A DNA stretch of 64,000 nucleotides from contig JBBQSO010000009.1 of assembly GCA_038213805.1 (NCBI GenBank), positions 1-64,000 of the forward strand. The letters are read 5' to 3'. A model generated the notes under the pieces. That model was not told the DNA's origin and searched no databases. It saw only the letters and a list, made by a program, of their open reading frames with translations. Source of the stretch: Planctomycetota bacterium. Lineage in GTDB: Bacteria; Planctomycetota; UBA11346. Of this stretch, positions 8,803-18,127 are shown piece by piece (the first letter of the stretch is position 1; every line of letters begins with the position of its first letter). A program made the position numbers and the translations under genes.

Positions 8803-10512
8803 TCAGCGCGGCGCGCAGACCGGGCTCCAGGCCATGACCAGCGGCCGCTCGGTGTGCGCCAGCGCCAGCCACCAGGCGAGCGGACCACCGTCGACCCCAA
8901 CCTGGGCCAGGACCATGCTGCCGGTCAGCCCCAGGCGCGCGGCCAAGCCGCCGCTCTCGGGGAAGCGTTCGACCGGCAATGGGGTGGCGATGCCCGCAAA
9001 CTCACGCGCGCGAGCCACCGCTGCGCCCAGATCGCCGATGCGGTCGGCCAAGCCCAAGGCCACGGCCTCGTCGCCGGTGTAGACCTTGCCGCCGGCCAGA
9101 CCCTTGACCTTCACCGGGTCGAGGTGCCGGCACTCCGCAACGATGCCTTGGAAGCGCCCGTCGACCGCGCTGATCACCTGGCGCAGCGCGGCCTCCTTCT
9201 CGGGCCCGAAGCCGCCGGTGGTGAAGAGCGTGGCGCGCGGCGCGCTCGCGATGGTATGACGATGGATGCCGAGCAGATCGCGGGTGCCGTCGAGATCGGG
9301 CATCAGCGCGAACACCCCGATCGAGCCGGTGATGGTGCCGTGGTGGACGAAGATCTCGCGCGCCGCGCAGCCCAGGTAGTAGCCGCCGCTGGCCGCCACG
9401 CCGTCGAACAGCGCCACCACCGGTTTGCGCGCCGCGCAGCGGCGGATGGCGTAATGGATGCGGTCAGAAGCGTCGGCGCTGCCACCGCCGGAATCGACGC
9501 GCACCACCACCGCCGCGACCACCGCATCGTCCGCCAGGCGGTCGAAGAGCTCGGCGGTGTCGTCGCCATTGATGGTCATGCCGGGCTGACTGGAGCCGCC
9601 GTCGAAGATCTGGCCCTCGAGCTCGACCACCGCCACCGACTTCGCCGGGCGCGGCCCCTTGTCGCCGTTCATGACGGTGCGCAGGAAGGCCATCGCCCCG
9701 GTGATGGACCCCAGGTCGGGCTCATTGCGCTCAACCTTGAAGCGGCTGATCGGCGCCGGCTGGGACCCCAGCCAGGCGCCCGGCTCGACCGCGCGGTCGA
9801 CCAGCTTGCCGGCGCTGGCGATGGCCGCCGTCTGAGGACTCTGGGCGCGCACCGCCTGCAGGGCGGCGGCATCGAAGCCGTGGCGCAGGCTGTCCGCGAC
9901 CACCACCGCGTCGAGACCGTCGAGCAGACGCTGGCTTTCGACCATCGCCGCGGGGCTGGGCGCGCTGCGCGTCAGCGGCTCGGGCGCGGTCTTGGCCTCG
10001 CCGCTGGTGACCGCGTGGAAGCGCACGCCGACCCGGCCGAGCGCCTCGCCATAGTAGTCACTGCTGATCGCCAGCCCGTCGACCATCAGGATGCCGGCCT
10101 CGGCCATCACCACCTCGTCGCAGGCCGCCGCGACCACGAAGGCGCTGTCCGAGGTGTTGTCGAGCAGGCAGGCCACGGTGTGACCGGGCGGACGCGCGCG
10201 CAGCACCACCGCCAGCTCTTCCGCCGCCGCCAGACCGGGTGAGAAGCCATTGGTCAGGTCCAGGACCAGACGCGGCTCCGGCGCCTTGAGCGCCTGGCGC
10301 AGGCGGAAGCAGGCATCGAACAGCGACCAGCCGCTCTCCTGGAGCAGGAACGAGGTCGGCCGCAGCGGGAAGCTGCCGCTCAAAGTCATGATCAGGGTAC
10401 CGCCGCCGGGCAGGGGCGGCGCCGCCCCTGCCACGCCATCGGCGGCACCCGCCAGCGCCGCGGCGCCGAACAGCAGGCAGGTGGCGAGGCTGAGGCGGGA
10501 CGAGGTGCGCAT
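8803..10512 (-). CDS. sppA: Signal peptide peptidase SppA (S49, tandem-domain type)
   Basis: Motifs RVDSGGGS, VAASGGYY, TGSIGV and GKVYTGDEAVALGLAD. Start reassigned to ATG 10512 (MRTSSRLSLATCLL signal peptide). Confidence 0.88.
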   Translation of the reverse strand: MRTSSRLSLATCLLFGAAALAGAADGVAGAAPPLPGGGTLIMTLSGSFPLRPTSFLLQESGWSLFDACFRLRQALKAPEPRLVLDLTNGFSPGLAAAEELAVVLRARPPGHTVACLLDNTSDSAFVVAAACDEVVMAEAGILMVDGLAISSDYYGEALGRVGVRFHAVTSGEAKTAPEPLTRSAPSPAAMVESQRLLDGLDAVVVADSLRHGFDAAALQAVRAQSPQTAAIASAGKLVDRAVEPGAWLGSQPAPISRFKVERNEPDLGSITGAMAFLRTVMNGDKGPRPAKSVAVVELEGQIFDGGSSQPGMTINGDDTAELFDRLADDAVVAAVVVRVDSGGGSADASDRIHYAIRRCAARKPVVALFDGVAASGGYYLGCAAREIFVHHGTITGSIGVFALMPDLDGTRDLLGIHRHTIASAPRATLFTTGGFGPEKEAALRQVISAVDGRFQGIVAECRHLDPVKVKGLAGGKVYTGDEAVALGLADRIGDLGAAVARAREFAGIATPLPVERFPESGGLAARLGLTGSMVLAQVGVDGGPLAWWLALAHTERPLVMAWSPVCAPR

Positions 10513-10530
10513 GGCGGAAGATAGCAGTCG

Positions 10531-10703
10531 GAAAGGAGGGAAGAAGGGGAGAACAGGGAGCGAGGGAGCGAGAAAGATGGGGAGACCAAAGAAGGGAAAG
10601 ACGCGCAGGTGCGAGGGCGCGTTTTTTTCCGACCTCCACTCCGTGCTTCCTTCCGTCCTCGCTCCCTCGCTGCCTTGCCCCCTTCCGCCCCCCCCCACCT
10701 CCC
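10531..10703. repeat. Degenerate inverted purine-rich/pyrimidine-rich 8-mer arrays (GGGAGCGA / TCGCTCCC)
   Basis: GA-rich arm ~10531-10600 and CT-rich arm ~10633-10703, with a short stem plus T-run (acgcgc...gcgcgttttttt) between them. Confidence 0.55.
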
Positions 10704-10867
10704 ACGACGGACTTCCGGTATAGCCTCCAGCTCCCGTATCTTTCCTTCGTCGTCGCAAATCCACCTCCCGGCCACCTCAAACAGCTTCCTACCGCTCCCT
10801 TGAGATCCGGCCCAGGCAGGATACGTATGAGCACCTTTCTCAGCTCCGGCCCCCCCGAGGTACCCAC

Positions 10868-11839
10868 ATGCGCGCGCTGACCACCCTGCTTCTCCTCGTC
10901 TTCGGGCTGTGCCTGACGACCCGTGCTCAGGCCGAGGACCACCCCTCGCTGGGCTCGAAGCAGTGCCAGTCCTGCCACCAGGCGATCTACGAGCACGAGA
11001 AGAGCTCGCGCCACTGGCTGTCCTTCAAGGAGTTCGCCAAGGGCGCCGGCGAAGCCATCGCCACCAAGGCCGGCGTGGCCAAGCCCACCGAGGCCGGCAC
11101 CCGCTGCGTCGAGTGCCACGGCCACACCTACCTCAATGACAAGGGCAAGAGCAAGGTCGAGCCGACCTCGTGCGAGGCCTGCCACGGCAAGGCCGGCGAC
11201 TACCTGACCCCGCACAACGTGAAGTACGATGCGGCCAAGAACGGCGCCGATCCGGCCGCCTTCCTCGCCAAGCGCCGTGCCGACAGCGTCGCCGCCGGCA
11301 TGACCGCGCAGTGGCGCCTGAACGGCGGCTACCGCAACTGCTTCAACTGCCACGTCGGCACCGACGAGCCGATCGTCAACGGCGCCGGCCACCCGGTGAT
11401 GAAGGAATTCGAGCTGCTCGCCTTCAGCCAGGGCACCACCCGCCACTGGCACGGTGAGGCTATGAAGCAGGACGGCAGCGGCCGCCAGGGCGCCATCCAC
11501 GTCGCCGGCCAGGCGCTGACCATGCAGAAGGCGCTCGCCGCGGTCGGACTCTCCAAGGACGCCGGCGCCTACCGCACCGGGTACTTCGCCATGGCCAAGG
11601 CCGCCGGCGCCCGTCTCGGCGAACTCGCCGCGCTGCTGCCCGACCGCGCCGAACTCAAGGCCGTAGTCGACGCCGCCGCGCCGCTCGCGACCCTGACCGG
11701 CGACGATGCGGGCAAGTGCGCGGACCTCGCCAAGACCCTCGACCCTCTGGTCGTGGCGCTGCTCGACAAGCTCGACGACACCCCGCTCGCCGACGACGTC
11801 GGCGCCAAGCTCATCCCGGCCAACATGCCGGCGAAGTGA
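10868..11839 (+). CDS. Periplasmic tetraheme cytochrome c (c554-like fold probable)
   Basis: Sec signal peptide; CxxCH motifs CQSCH, CVECH, CEACH, CFNCH; helical C-terminal extension; GAGG RBS. Confidence 0.9.
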   Translation: MRALTTLLLLVFGLCLTTRAQAEDHPSLGSKQCQSCHQAIYEHEKSSRHWLSFKEFAKGAGEAIATKAGVAKPTEAGTRCVECHGHTYLNDKGKSKVEPTSCEACHGKAGDYLTPHNVKYDAAKNGADPAAFLAKRRADSVAAGMTAQWRLNGGYRNCFNCHVGTDEPIVNGAGHPVMKEFELLAFSQGTTRHWHGEAMKQDGSGRQGAIHVAGQALTMQKALAAVGLSKDAGAYRTGYFAMAKAAGARLGELAALLPDRAELKAVVDAAAPLATLTGDDAGKCADLAKTLDPLVVALLDKLDDTPLADDVGAKLIPANMPAK

Positions 11840-11883
11840 GCGCGACCCGGCCCGCGCCGCCCCCGCCGCCCACCAGGTAGACC

Positions 11884-13605
11884 ATGGCCCAAGATGTGCG
11901 CGAGATCACCCGGCCCCAGCGCTGGGCGGTGCCGTTCGATGCCGAGATGACTGACGCCGACGTGGCGCGGGTGGTGGCGCTGCCGCTGTTCGCGCGCATG
12001 GACGCCAAGAAATTCCCGGCCCGCATGCCGCTCGACGGCATCGTCCGCAACGACTGCGCGCTGCGCAGCTACAGCGACCGCCAGCTGGTGGTGCGCCAGG
12101 GCGACTACGGCAGCTCCGCGTTCCTGATCGTCTCCGGCGAGGTCAAGGTCTACCTCGAGGGCGACATTCCCGAGGAAGAACTCGGCCACGACCACGAGCA
12201 CCCCAAGAACCTGCTCACCCAGGTGTGGCGCAACCTCTTCCCGCCGCCCGAGCGCGCGCCCAAGCACCTGCTCGCGGTCAGCAGCGGCGACGCCACGGTG
12301 GCCGGCAGCTCGACGGTCAACGTGTTCTTCCAGGACCTGCCGGCGGTGGGCAAGCGCGGCGGGCCACCGCCGGTGATGGGGCCCGGCACGGTGTTCGGCG
12401 AGATGTCGGCGCTCGGCCGCACGCCGCGCAGCGCCACGGTGGTGGCGACCGGCAGCTGCGAGCTGCTCGAGATCCGCTGGCAGGGCCTGCGCGACCTGCG
12501 CTCCAGCGACAAGGGCTTCAAGGAATACGTCGACGGCATCTACCGCGAACGCAGCCTGACCAGCGACCACTTCCAGACCTCGCCGCTGTTCGCGCCGCTC
12601 GGCGAGACCGGCATCGAGGTGCTGCGCCACGCCGCGATCTTCGAGTCGCACGGCAGTTTCGAGTGGAGCGGGCAGTACAAGAAGGGGCGCCAGGAGCGCC
12701 GCCAGAAGCGCACCGCCGCGCCCAGCAACGAACCCGAGATCTGCGGCCAGACCCAATCCGCCGAATCCGTCTACCTGGTGCGCGCCGGCTTCGCGCGCGT
12801 CAGCCACCGCGTCGGCGTCGGCGAGGTCACCAGCCGCTACATTTCGCGCGGCGACCTCTTCGGCATCGAGGCGCTGCACGCCTACATCAAGGGCAACCGC
12901 GCGCCCATCTACGGCTCGACGCTGCGCGCGCTCGGCTACATCGACGTCATCAAGCTGCCCCTCGCACTGGTGGCGCGCGCGGTCGAGAGTTCGTCGGCGG
13001 CCGCCGCGTGGCTCGCCCAGGGCAACAGCGAACTGCTGCACGAGCAGGACCGCGCCCACCTCGCGCCGCTCAAGGGCGAGATGATGGAGTTCGGCACCGA
13101 GTCGCGCGTCTACAACGGCACCAGCATCATGGCCATCGACCTCGAGCGCTGCACGCGCTGCGACGATTGCGTGCGCGGCTGCTCGAACGCGCACAACGGC
13201 CAGCCGCGCTTCGTGCGTCACGGCGAGGTCAACCAGGGCTTCCTGTTCCCCAACGCCTGCATGCACTGCCAGGACCCGGTGTGCATGATCGGCTGCCCGA
13301 CCGGCGCGATCAGCCGCACCAAGGACGGCGGCCAAGTGGTGGTCAACGACCAGACCTGCATCGGCTGCTCGACCTGCGCCAACAGCTGCCCCTACGACAA
13401 CATCCGCATGGTCGAGCGCAGCCACTATGGCGAAAAGCTGGTCGACCAGAAGGGCAACGCCGTGCTGCGCGCCAGCAAGTGCGACCTGTGCTACGACCAG
13501 GTCGGCGGCCCGGCCTGCGTGCGCGCCTGCCCGCACGACGCGCTCCACCGCGTCGACTTCCCCGACCTGCTCACCCTCACCGAACGCCGGGACCCGCAAT
13601 CGTGA
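11884..13605 (+). CDS. Cytoplasmic tandem cNMP-binding-domain protein with a C-terminal DmsB/NrfC-type 4x[4Fe-4S] ferredoxin
   Basis: VRQGDYGSSAFLIVSGEV...FGEMSAL..TPRSATV (canonical cNMP domain); second degenerate domain VYLVRAGFARV...GDLFGIEAL; CTRCDDCVRGC, CMHCQDPVCMIGCP, CIGCSTCANSCP, KCDLC...PACVRACP. No signal peptide. Confidence 0.92.
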   Translation: MAQDVREITRPQRWAVPFDAEMTDADVARVVALPLFARMDAKKFPARMPLDGIVRNDCALRSYSDRQLVVRQGDYGSSAFLIVSGEVKVYLEGDIPEEELGHDHEHPKNLLTQVWRNLFPPPERAPKHLLAVSSGDATVAGSSTVNVFFQDLPAVGKRGGPPPVMGPGTVFGEMSALGRTPRSATVVATGSCELLEIRWQGLRDLRSSDKGFKEYVDGIYRERSLTSDHFQTSPLFAPLGETGIEVLRHAAIFESHGSFEWSGQYKKGRQERRQKRTAAPSNEPEICGQTQSAESVYLVRAGFARVSHRVGVGEVTSRYISRGDLFGIEALHAYIKGNRAPIYGSTLRALGYIDVIKLPLALVARAVESSSAAAAWLAQGNSELLHEQDRAHLAPLKGEMMEFGTESRVYNGTSIMAIDLERCTRCDDCVRGCSNAHNGQPRFVRHGEVNQGFLFPNACMHCQDPVCMIGCPTGAISRTKDGGQVVVNDQTCIGCSTCANSCPYDNIRMVERSHYGEKLVDQKGNAVLRASKCDLCYDQVGGPACVRACPHDALHRVDFPDLLTLTERRDPQS

Positions 13606-14405
13606 TCGTCGCCTTCTGGCCGCGCCGCCTGCTCGCGCTCTCAGTCGCCGCCGTCGCGGTGGCGGGCGCGGTGGCGTTCGCGCGCATGCGCGCCGCGCAG
13701 CTCGAGGACAACGCCTTCTGGAGCGGCTGGACGCTGCTCGCGATCTTCGTGGTGCTGGCCGTCTACAACCTGCGTAAGCGCGTCTCCAACCTGCCGCTCG
13801 GCACCTCGGCGACCTGGTTGCAGTGGCACATCTACCTGGGCCTGATCGCGATCGCGCTCATCCACGTGCACATCGGCTGGCACATGCCCTCAGGCTCGTT
13901 CAGCTGGCTGCTCTACGGGCTGTTCTGGGCGGTTTCGCTGACCGGCGTGCTCGGCCTCATCCTGACCCGCACCCTGCCGCACCTGCTCACCGCGGTCGGC
14001 AACGAGGTGATCTTCGAGCGCATCGGCGAGCGCGTCGTCGACCTCCACGACGAGGCCGCGGGCATCGTCCAGGGCGTGCTCGGCCGGCCCGAGGGCCAGG
14101 TCCTGGCCGGCTTCTTCATCGACCGTCTCGACCCCTTCCTGCGCCGTCCGCGCTGGGCCTGGCAGGAGAGCCGCGAGCGCTGGCTGACCAGCCAGTGCGC
14201 CAACGTCGCGCGCCTTGCCGGACCCGACCTCGCCGACGCGGTCGCCGACCTCGAGGAGATCGCCCACGAGAAGCTGCTGCTCGACCGCCACTATTTCCTG
14301 CAGGGCATCCTCAAGGGCTGGTTGTTCGTGCACATCCCCTTGGCGACCATGGCGCTCACGGCCGCGGTCTATCATACGGGGATGGTGCTGTGGTTCAGGC
14401 CATGA
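13602..14405 (+). CDS. Inner-membrane protein with two His-x13-His pairs (ferric-reductase-like di-heme b domain probable)
   Basis: GTG start overlapping the upstream TGA (GTGA); corresponds to the C-terminal part of track ORF 12225..14405. About 5 hydrophobic helices; WLQWHIYLGLIAIALIHVH and WLFVHIPLATMALTAAVYH. Confidence 0.8.
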   Translation: MIVAFWPRRLLALSVAAVAVAGAVAFARMRAAQLEDNAFWSGWTLLAIFVVLAVYNLRKRVSNLPLGTSATWLQWHIYLGLIAIALIHVHIGWHMPSGSFSWLLYGLFWAVSLTGVLGLILTRTLPHLLTAVGNEVIFERIGERVVDLHDEAAGIVQGVLGRPEGQVLAGFFIDRLDPFLRRPRWAWQESRERWLTSQCANVARLAGPDLADAVADLEEIAHEKLLLDRHYFLQGILKGWLFVHIPLATMALTAAVYHTGMVLWFRP

Positions 14406-14410
14406 CCGAC

Positions 14411-14538
14411 GTGCGGTGCGGGGTGCGGGGTACGGAGTGCGGAGCGCGACAGCAGACCGCTTTCGACGCGACTCCTTTTCCTGAGCCCGATCTCTGCACC
14501 ACGGTCGCTCCGCACTCCGCACTCCGCACTCCGCACCC
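14411..14538. repeat. Inverted heptamer arrays (GTGCGGR)n ... (CTCCGCA)4 inside the cytochrome operon
   Basis: gtgcggtgcggggtgcggggtacggagtgcggagcg ... cgctccgcactccgcactccgcactccgcaccc. Confidence 0.85.
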
Positions 14539-14568
14539 TGCGGCCGCGATTCCGATGGCGGACACCTG

Positions 14569-16191
14569 ATGGCCCGCAAACTCGACAATCCATTCAGTCA
14601 CAAGAACAGCGGCTACGAACGGCCGCTGCTGAGCCGCCTGCGCCGCGTGCGCGGGCGCTTGGCGCTGGCCGGCTTCACCGCCATGGTCCTGCTGCTCGGT
14701 GCCGCCTACCGCCAAGGCACCGGACTGGTGACCGAGGGCCAGCTGCACAGCAAGCACGCCTTCCTCTCCAAGGACTGCGCGGCCTGCCACGCCGCCGGCA
14801 CGGCCGCGGTACACGGCGATGTCATGACCGCGAACTGCATGCGCTGCCACCGTGACATGAACGCCGAGCCGCACGGCAGCCTGGCGCTCACCGCCGAGGT
14901 CACCGCCGGCCGCGTGCGCGCGGCGACGCCCGAGACGCGCGCCGGTTTCATCGCCTGGGCCAACCAGCTGCCCGGCGGGCGCGTCCACCCGGCCACCCCG
15001 GCCGGGATCAGCTGCAGCACCTGCCACCGCGACCACCGCGGGCAGGACGCCGCACTGATCGGCATGACCGAGGCCGCCTGCCAGGCCTGCCACCGCAGCA
15101 CCTTCGCCGCCTTCGACCGCGGCCACCCCGACTTCGCCGACCTCGCCGCGCAGCAGCGCCGCCAGATCAAGTTCGACCACGCCAGCCATTACGGCGAGCT
15201 CTTCGCCAAGAAGACCAAGGAGCGCCCGGCCTGCACCATCTGCCACGAGGCCCCGACCTCGGCCGAGGTGGTGACGCCGCGCCTCAAGCGCTCCGAGACC
15301 ATCTGCATGGGCTGCCACAGCGATGCGGTGGCGCCCGCCGACCTGCTGCTGCTGACCAGCAAGGGCGACGAGCCGACCGGCTTCGCGCAGGTCGCCGCGC
15401 TGCTGCCCAAGGTCCTGAAGAGCGCCGCGCCCGCGCCCGACATGGCAGCGCTGGCCAAGCCGGGTGCGCTCGCGCAGGTTCTCGGCGTCGCCGCGCCCGC
15501 GCTGCTCGCCGATGGCGACCGCCAGCTCGGCGACGGCGATCTGCTCAAGCGCCTCGCCGCCGGCACCGAGAACAAGGCCGACCCCAGCACCTTCCCGAAC
15601 GGCCGCTGGACGGTGGCCAACGCCGAGAACGAGGACTACGTGCAGCTTACCTACCGCACCACCGGCCACCGCGACGCGCGCGTGGTCGCCTGGTTGGCGT
15701 GGCTGCGCGGGGTCGACCAGACGGCGCGCGGCACGCTCGCCGGCGCCGACCGGGCGGCCTGGACCAAGGCCACCCAGGCGCTGGTCCTCGATCTCACCGC
15801 GATGACCGCGCCGACGGTCAAGGAATCACGCTGCGGGCTCTGCCATTACGTCGGCGTCGATCCCGCCACCGGGGTGTTCGCCGATTTCGCCAAGTCGCCG
15901 GTCGACCGCCACTTCACCCGCACCTACTCGCACTTCGTCCACGCCAGCCAGGCCGAGAAGCAGGGCGCGAGCATCGACTGCCTGACCTGCCACGCTGCCC
16001 TGGCCGCGCCGCCCGCCGCGCCCGCAGATCACGCCAAGGACCCGCGCTGGATCGCCCTGCACCGCGAGCGCCTCGGCCAGGACTGGCAGACCATCGGCAT
16101 CGCCACCTGCCAGTCCTGCCACAACTCCCACGCCGTCCGCCAGGACTGCGCGACCTGCCACCAGTACCACCAGTCGGTGAGCGGCCGATGA
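14569..16191 (+). CDS. Membrane-anchored decaheme cytochrome c
   Basis: N-terminal basic plus hydrophobic anchor; 10 CxxCH motifs (CAACH, CMRCH, CSTCH, CQACH, CTICH, CMGCH, CGLCH, CLTCH, CQSCH, CATCH); c3/c7-like FDHASH and YSHFVH distal-His motifs. Confidence 0.92.
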   Translation: MARKLDNPFSHKNSGYERPLLSRLRRVRGRLALAGFTAMVLLLGAAYRQGTGLVTEGQLHSKHAFLSKDCAACHAAGTAAVHGDVMTANCMRCHRDMNAEPHGSLALTAEVTAGRVRAATPETRAGFIAWANQLPGGRVHPATPAGISCSTCHRDHRGQDAALIGMTEAACQACHRSTFAAFDRGHPDFADLAAQQRRQIKFDHASHYGELFAKKTKERPACTICHEAPTSAEVVTPRLKRSETICMGCHSDAVAPADLLLLTSKGDEPTGFAQVAALLPKVLKSAAPAPDMAALAKPGALAQVLGVAAPALLADGDRQLGDGDLLKRLAAGTENKADPSTFPNGRWTVANAENEDYVQLTYRTTGHRDARVVAWLAWLRGVDQTARGTLAGADRAAWTKATQALVLDLTAMTAPTVKESRCGLCHYVGVDPATGVFADFAKSPVDRHFTRTYSHFVHASQAEKQGASIDCLTCHAALAAPPAAPADHAKDPRWIALHRERLGQDWQTIGIATCQSCHNSHAVRQDCATCHQYHQSVSGR

Positions 16192-16300
16192 CCGCCCGGC
16201 GGGATTGCTGCCCAGCGCGCCTTCAGCAGGCGCCGGCCGACGCTTGCACTCGGCCCGATCCCACGCATCACATGAGCTCGCACCTGCCCAGGAGAACGCG

Positions 16301-18127
16301 ATGACCCTCCGTAGTCACTTTTGGTCGACCCTTCTGCTGCTAGCGTGTGTGGCAACCGCCCGCGTGGGCGCCGCCGAACCCGCGCCCAAGGCGCCGGTCG
16401 CCGGCGACCCGCATGCCGAGCTGTATTCCACCGCTGGGCGCTTCCCCTCGGCGACCACCTGCCGCCCCTGCCACGAGGCGCAGTACCGCCAGTGGTCGGT
16501 GTCGATGCACGCCTTCGCCGAGCTCAGCCCGACCATGGAGGCGCAGAGCGCGGAGATCACCCGCCAGTTCAACGGCACCATCGGAGTGTTCTGCACGCGC
16601 TGCCACACCCCGGTCGGCACCACCGCCGGCGAGTCGGCCAAGCTGCCCAACAGCCAACGCAGCAAGGTCAGCCTCGAGGGCGTGACCTGCATCGTCTGCC
16701 ACCGCATCAACACCAAGTACGGCAAGGTGGTCGGCAACCTCCACCTCGTCGAGGGCGACCAGTTTGCCAAGGTCTACGGCTCGTGGGACGGCGGCGCGGT
16801 CGCCGAGGCGGCCAAGGGCGCCGGCATCGCCACCGCTCCCGGCCAGCAGGGCGCGCAGATGCACGCCACCGCCGACTTCTTCGAGCCGATCACCACCAGC
16901 GCCTTCTGCGCGCAGTGCCACGAGGTCATCAACCCGGGCGGCATCCACCTGCAGGACACCTACAGCCAGTGGCTGGGGTCGAGCTCGGCGCGCGAGGGCG
17001 TGCGCTGCCAGGATTGCCACATGGGCCCGGCGCCCGGCGTGAAGTCGGCCTACGTGACCGGCCCGGCCGCGATCCTGCCCGACGGCCGCAAGACCCGCGA
17101 CCGCCCCCTCTCCAACCACATGATCGTCGGCCCCGAAGTGCCCGCGGAGCACCCCGGCGTGTTCCCGCACGGTGCCGCCAGCAACCGCGGCATCAGCAGT
17201 GACGGCGATGACAAGGACAAGCTCGACGAGGTCCTGCAGGGCGTCGACGACAAGTTCCTGTCTTCCCTAACCAGCGACGACTGGTGGCACTTCGACTACC
17301 GCGCCGGATGGGGCGGTGACGAATTCGAGAAGGCGGCCAAGGGCAAGGACTACCCCTTCCCGCCGCAGTGGAAGGACGAGGCCAAGCGCCGCGCCGCCGG
17401 CGAGTTCGTGAGACAGAACCTCGCCCTGATCAAGGAAGCCGAGACGCGCCGCGCGCTGCTCTTCCGCAACGGCGTGAAGATCGCCAAGCTCGACGTCGAG
17501 CCGACCCATGCGGTCGACAGCTCACTGTCCTTCTCCGTGCGCGTCGAGAGCCTGCTCGCGGCCCACAACATCCCGGGCGGCTTCCCGTGGTTCCGCCAGC
17601 TGTGGCTGCACGTGCAGGTGATCGCGCCGGACGGCAAGGTGACCTGGCAGTCGGGCGACCTTGACCCGGTCAACGACGACCTGCGCGACGGCTTCGATAA
17701 CCGCGTCATGACCGGCGACATCGGCTTCGACGGGCAGCTCTGGAGCGCGCAGGCCTACCTGACCGAGCGCGGCGAGCACGGCGCGGACCGCTCGGTGTTC
17801 TTCCCCATCGCCACCGACGGGGACCCCACCGCCTTCCTGCGCCCGGCCACCGCGCCGGCCTCGCTACGCGGCAAGGACAACGGCTTCCGCATCGACCAGT
17901 CGAAGGTGCTGCCGCCGCTCGGCCACCGCACCCCGGACTACACGGCGCCACGCGACGCCTTCCAGGTGCCGGGCACCTACCAGGTGAAGGCGGACCTGCG
18001 CTTCCGCGGCATGCCGCCCTACTTCTACACCAACCACGGCCTCTACCGCAACGTGCGCTTCGTCACCGAAGCCATCGTCGAGGTGGATTCCAAGACCAGC
18101 GAGCTGAAAGTGGAGGCCGGCAAATGA
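16301..18127 (+). CDS. Periplasmic pentaheme cytochrome c (c554-like N-domain) with C-terminal beta-sandwich
   Basis: AGGAG RBS then ATG 16301; signal peptide; CRPCH..QYRQWSVSMHA, CTRCH, GVTCIVCH, CAQCH, CQDCHM. Confidence 0.9.
   Translation: MTLRSHFWSTLLLLACVATARVGAAEPAPKAPVAGDPHAELYSTAGRFPSATTCRPCHEAQYRQWSVSMHAFAELSPTMEAQSAEITRQFNGTIGVFCTRCHTPVGTTAGESAKLPNSQRSKVSLEGVTCIVCHRINTKYGKVVGNLHLVEGDQFAKVYGSWDGGAVAEAAKGAGIATAPGQQGAQMHATADFFEPITTSAFCAQCHEVINPGGIHLQDTYSQWLGSSSAREGVRCQDCHMGPAPGVKSAYVTGPAAILPDGRKTRDRPLSNHMIVGPEVPAEHPGVFPHGAASNRGISSDGDDKDKLDEVLQGVDDKFLSSLTSDDWWHFDYRAGWGGDEFEKAAKGKDYPFPPQWKDEAKRRAAGEFVRQNLALIKEAETRRALLFRNGVKIAKLDVEPTHAVDSSLSFSVRVESLLAAHNIPGGFPWFRQLWLHVQVIAPDGKVTWQSGDLDPVNDDLRDGFDNRVMTGDIGFDGQLWSAQAYLTERGEHGADRSVFFPIATDGDPTAFLRPATAPASLRGKDNGFRIDQSKVLPPLGHRTPDYTAPRDAFQVPGTYQVKADLRFRGMPPYFYTNHGLYRNVRFVTEAIVEVDSKTSELKVEAGK

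Noticed and set aside
12225..13601. N-terminal 459 codons of the 726-aa track ORF as a fusion or frameshift product
   Set aside because: Arg/Pro-rich off-frame translation overlapping the cNMP-FeS gene; a GTGA-coupled start at 13602 explains the real part.
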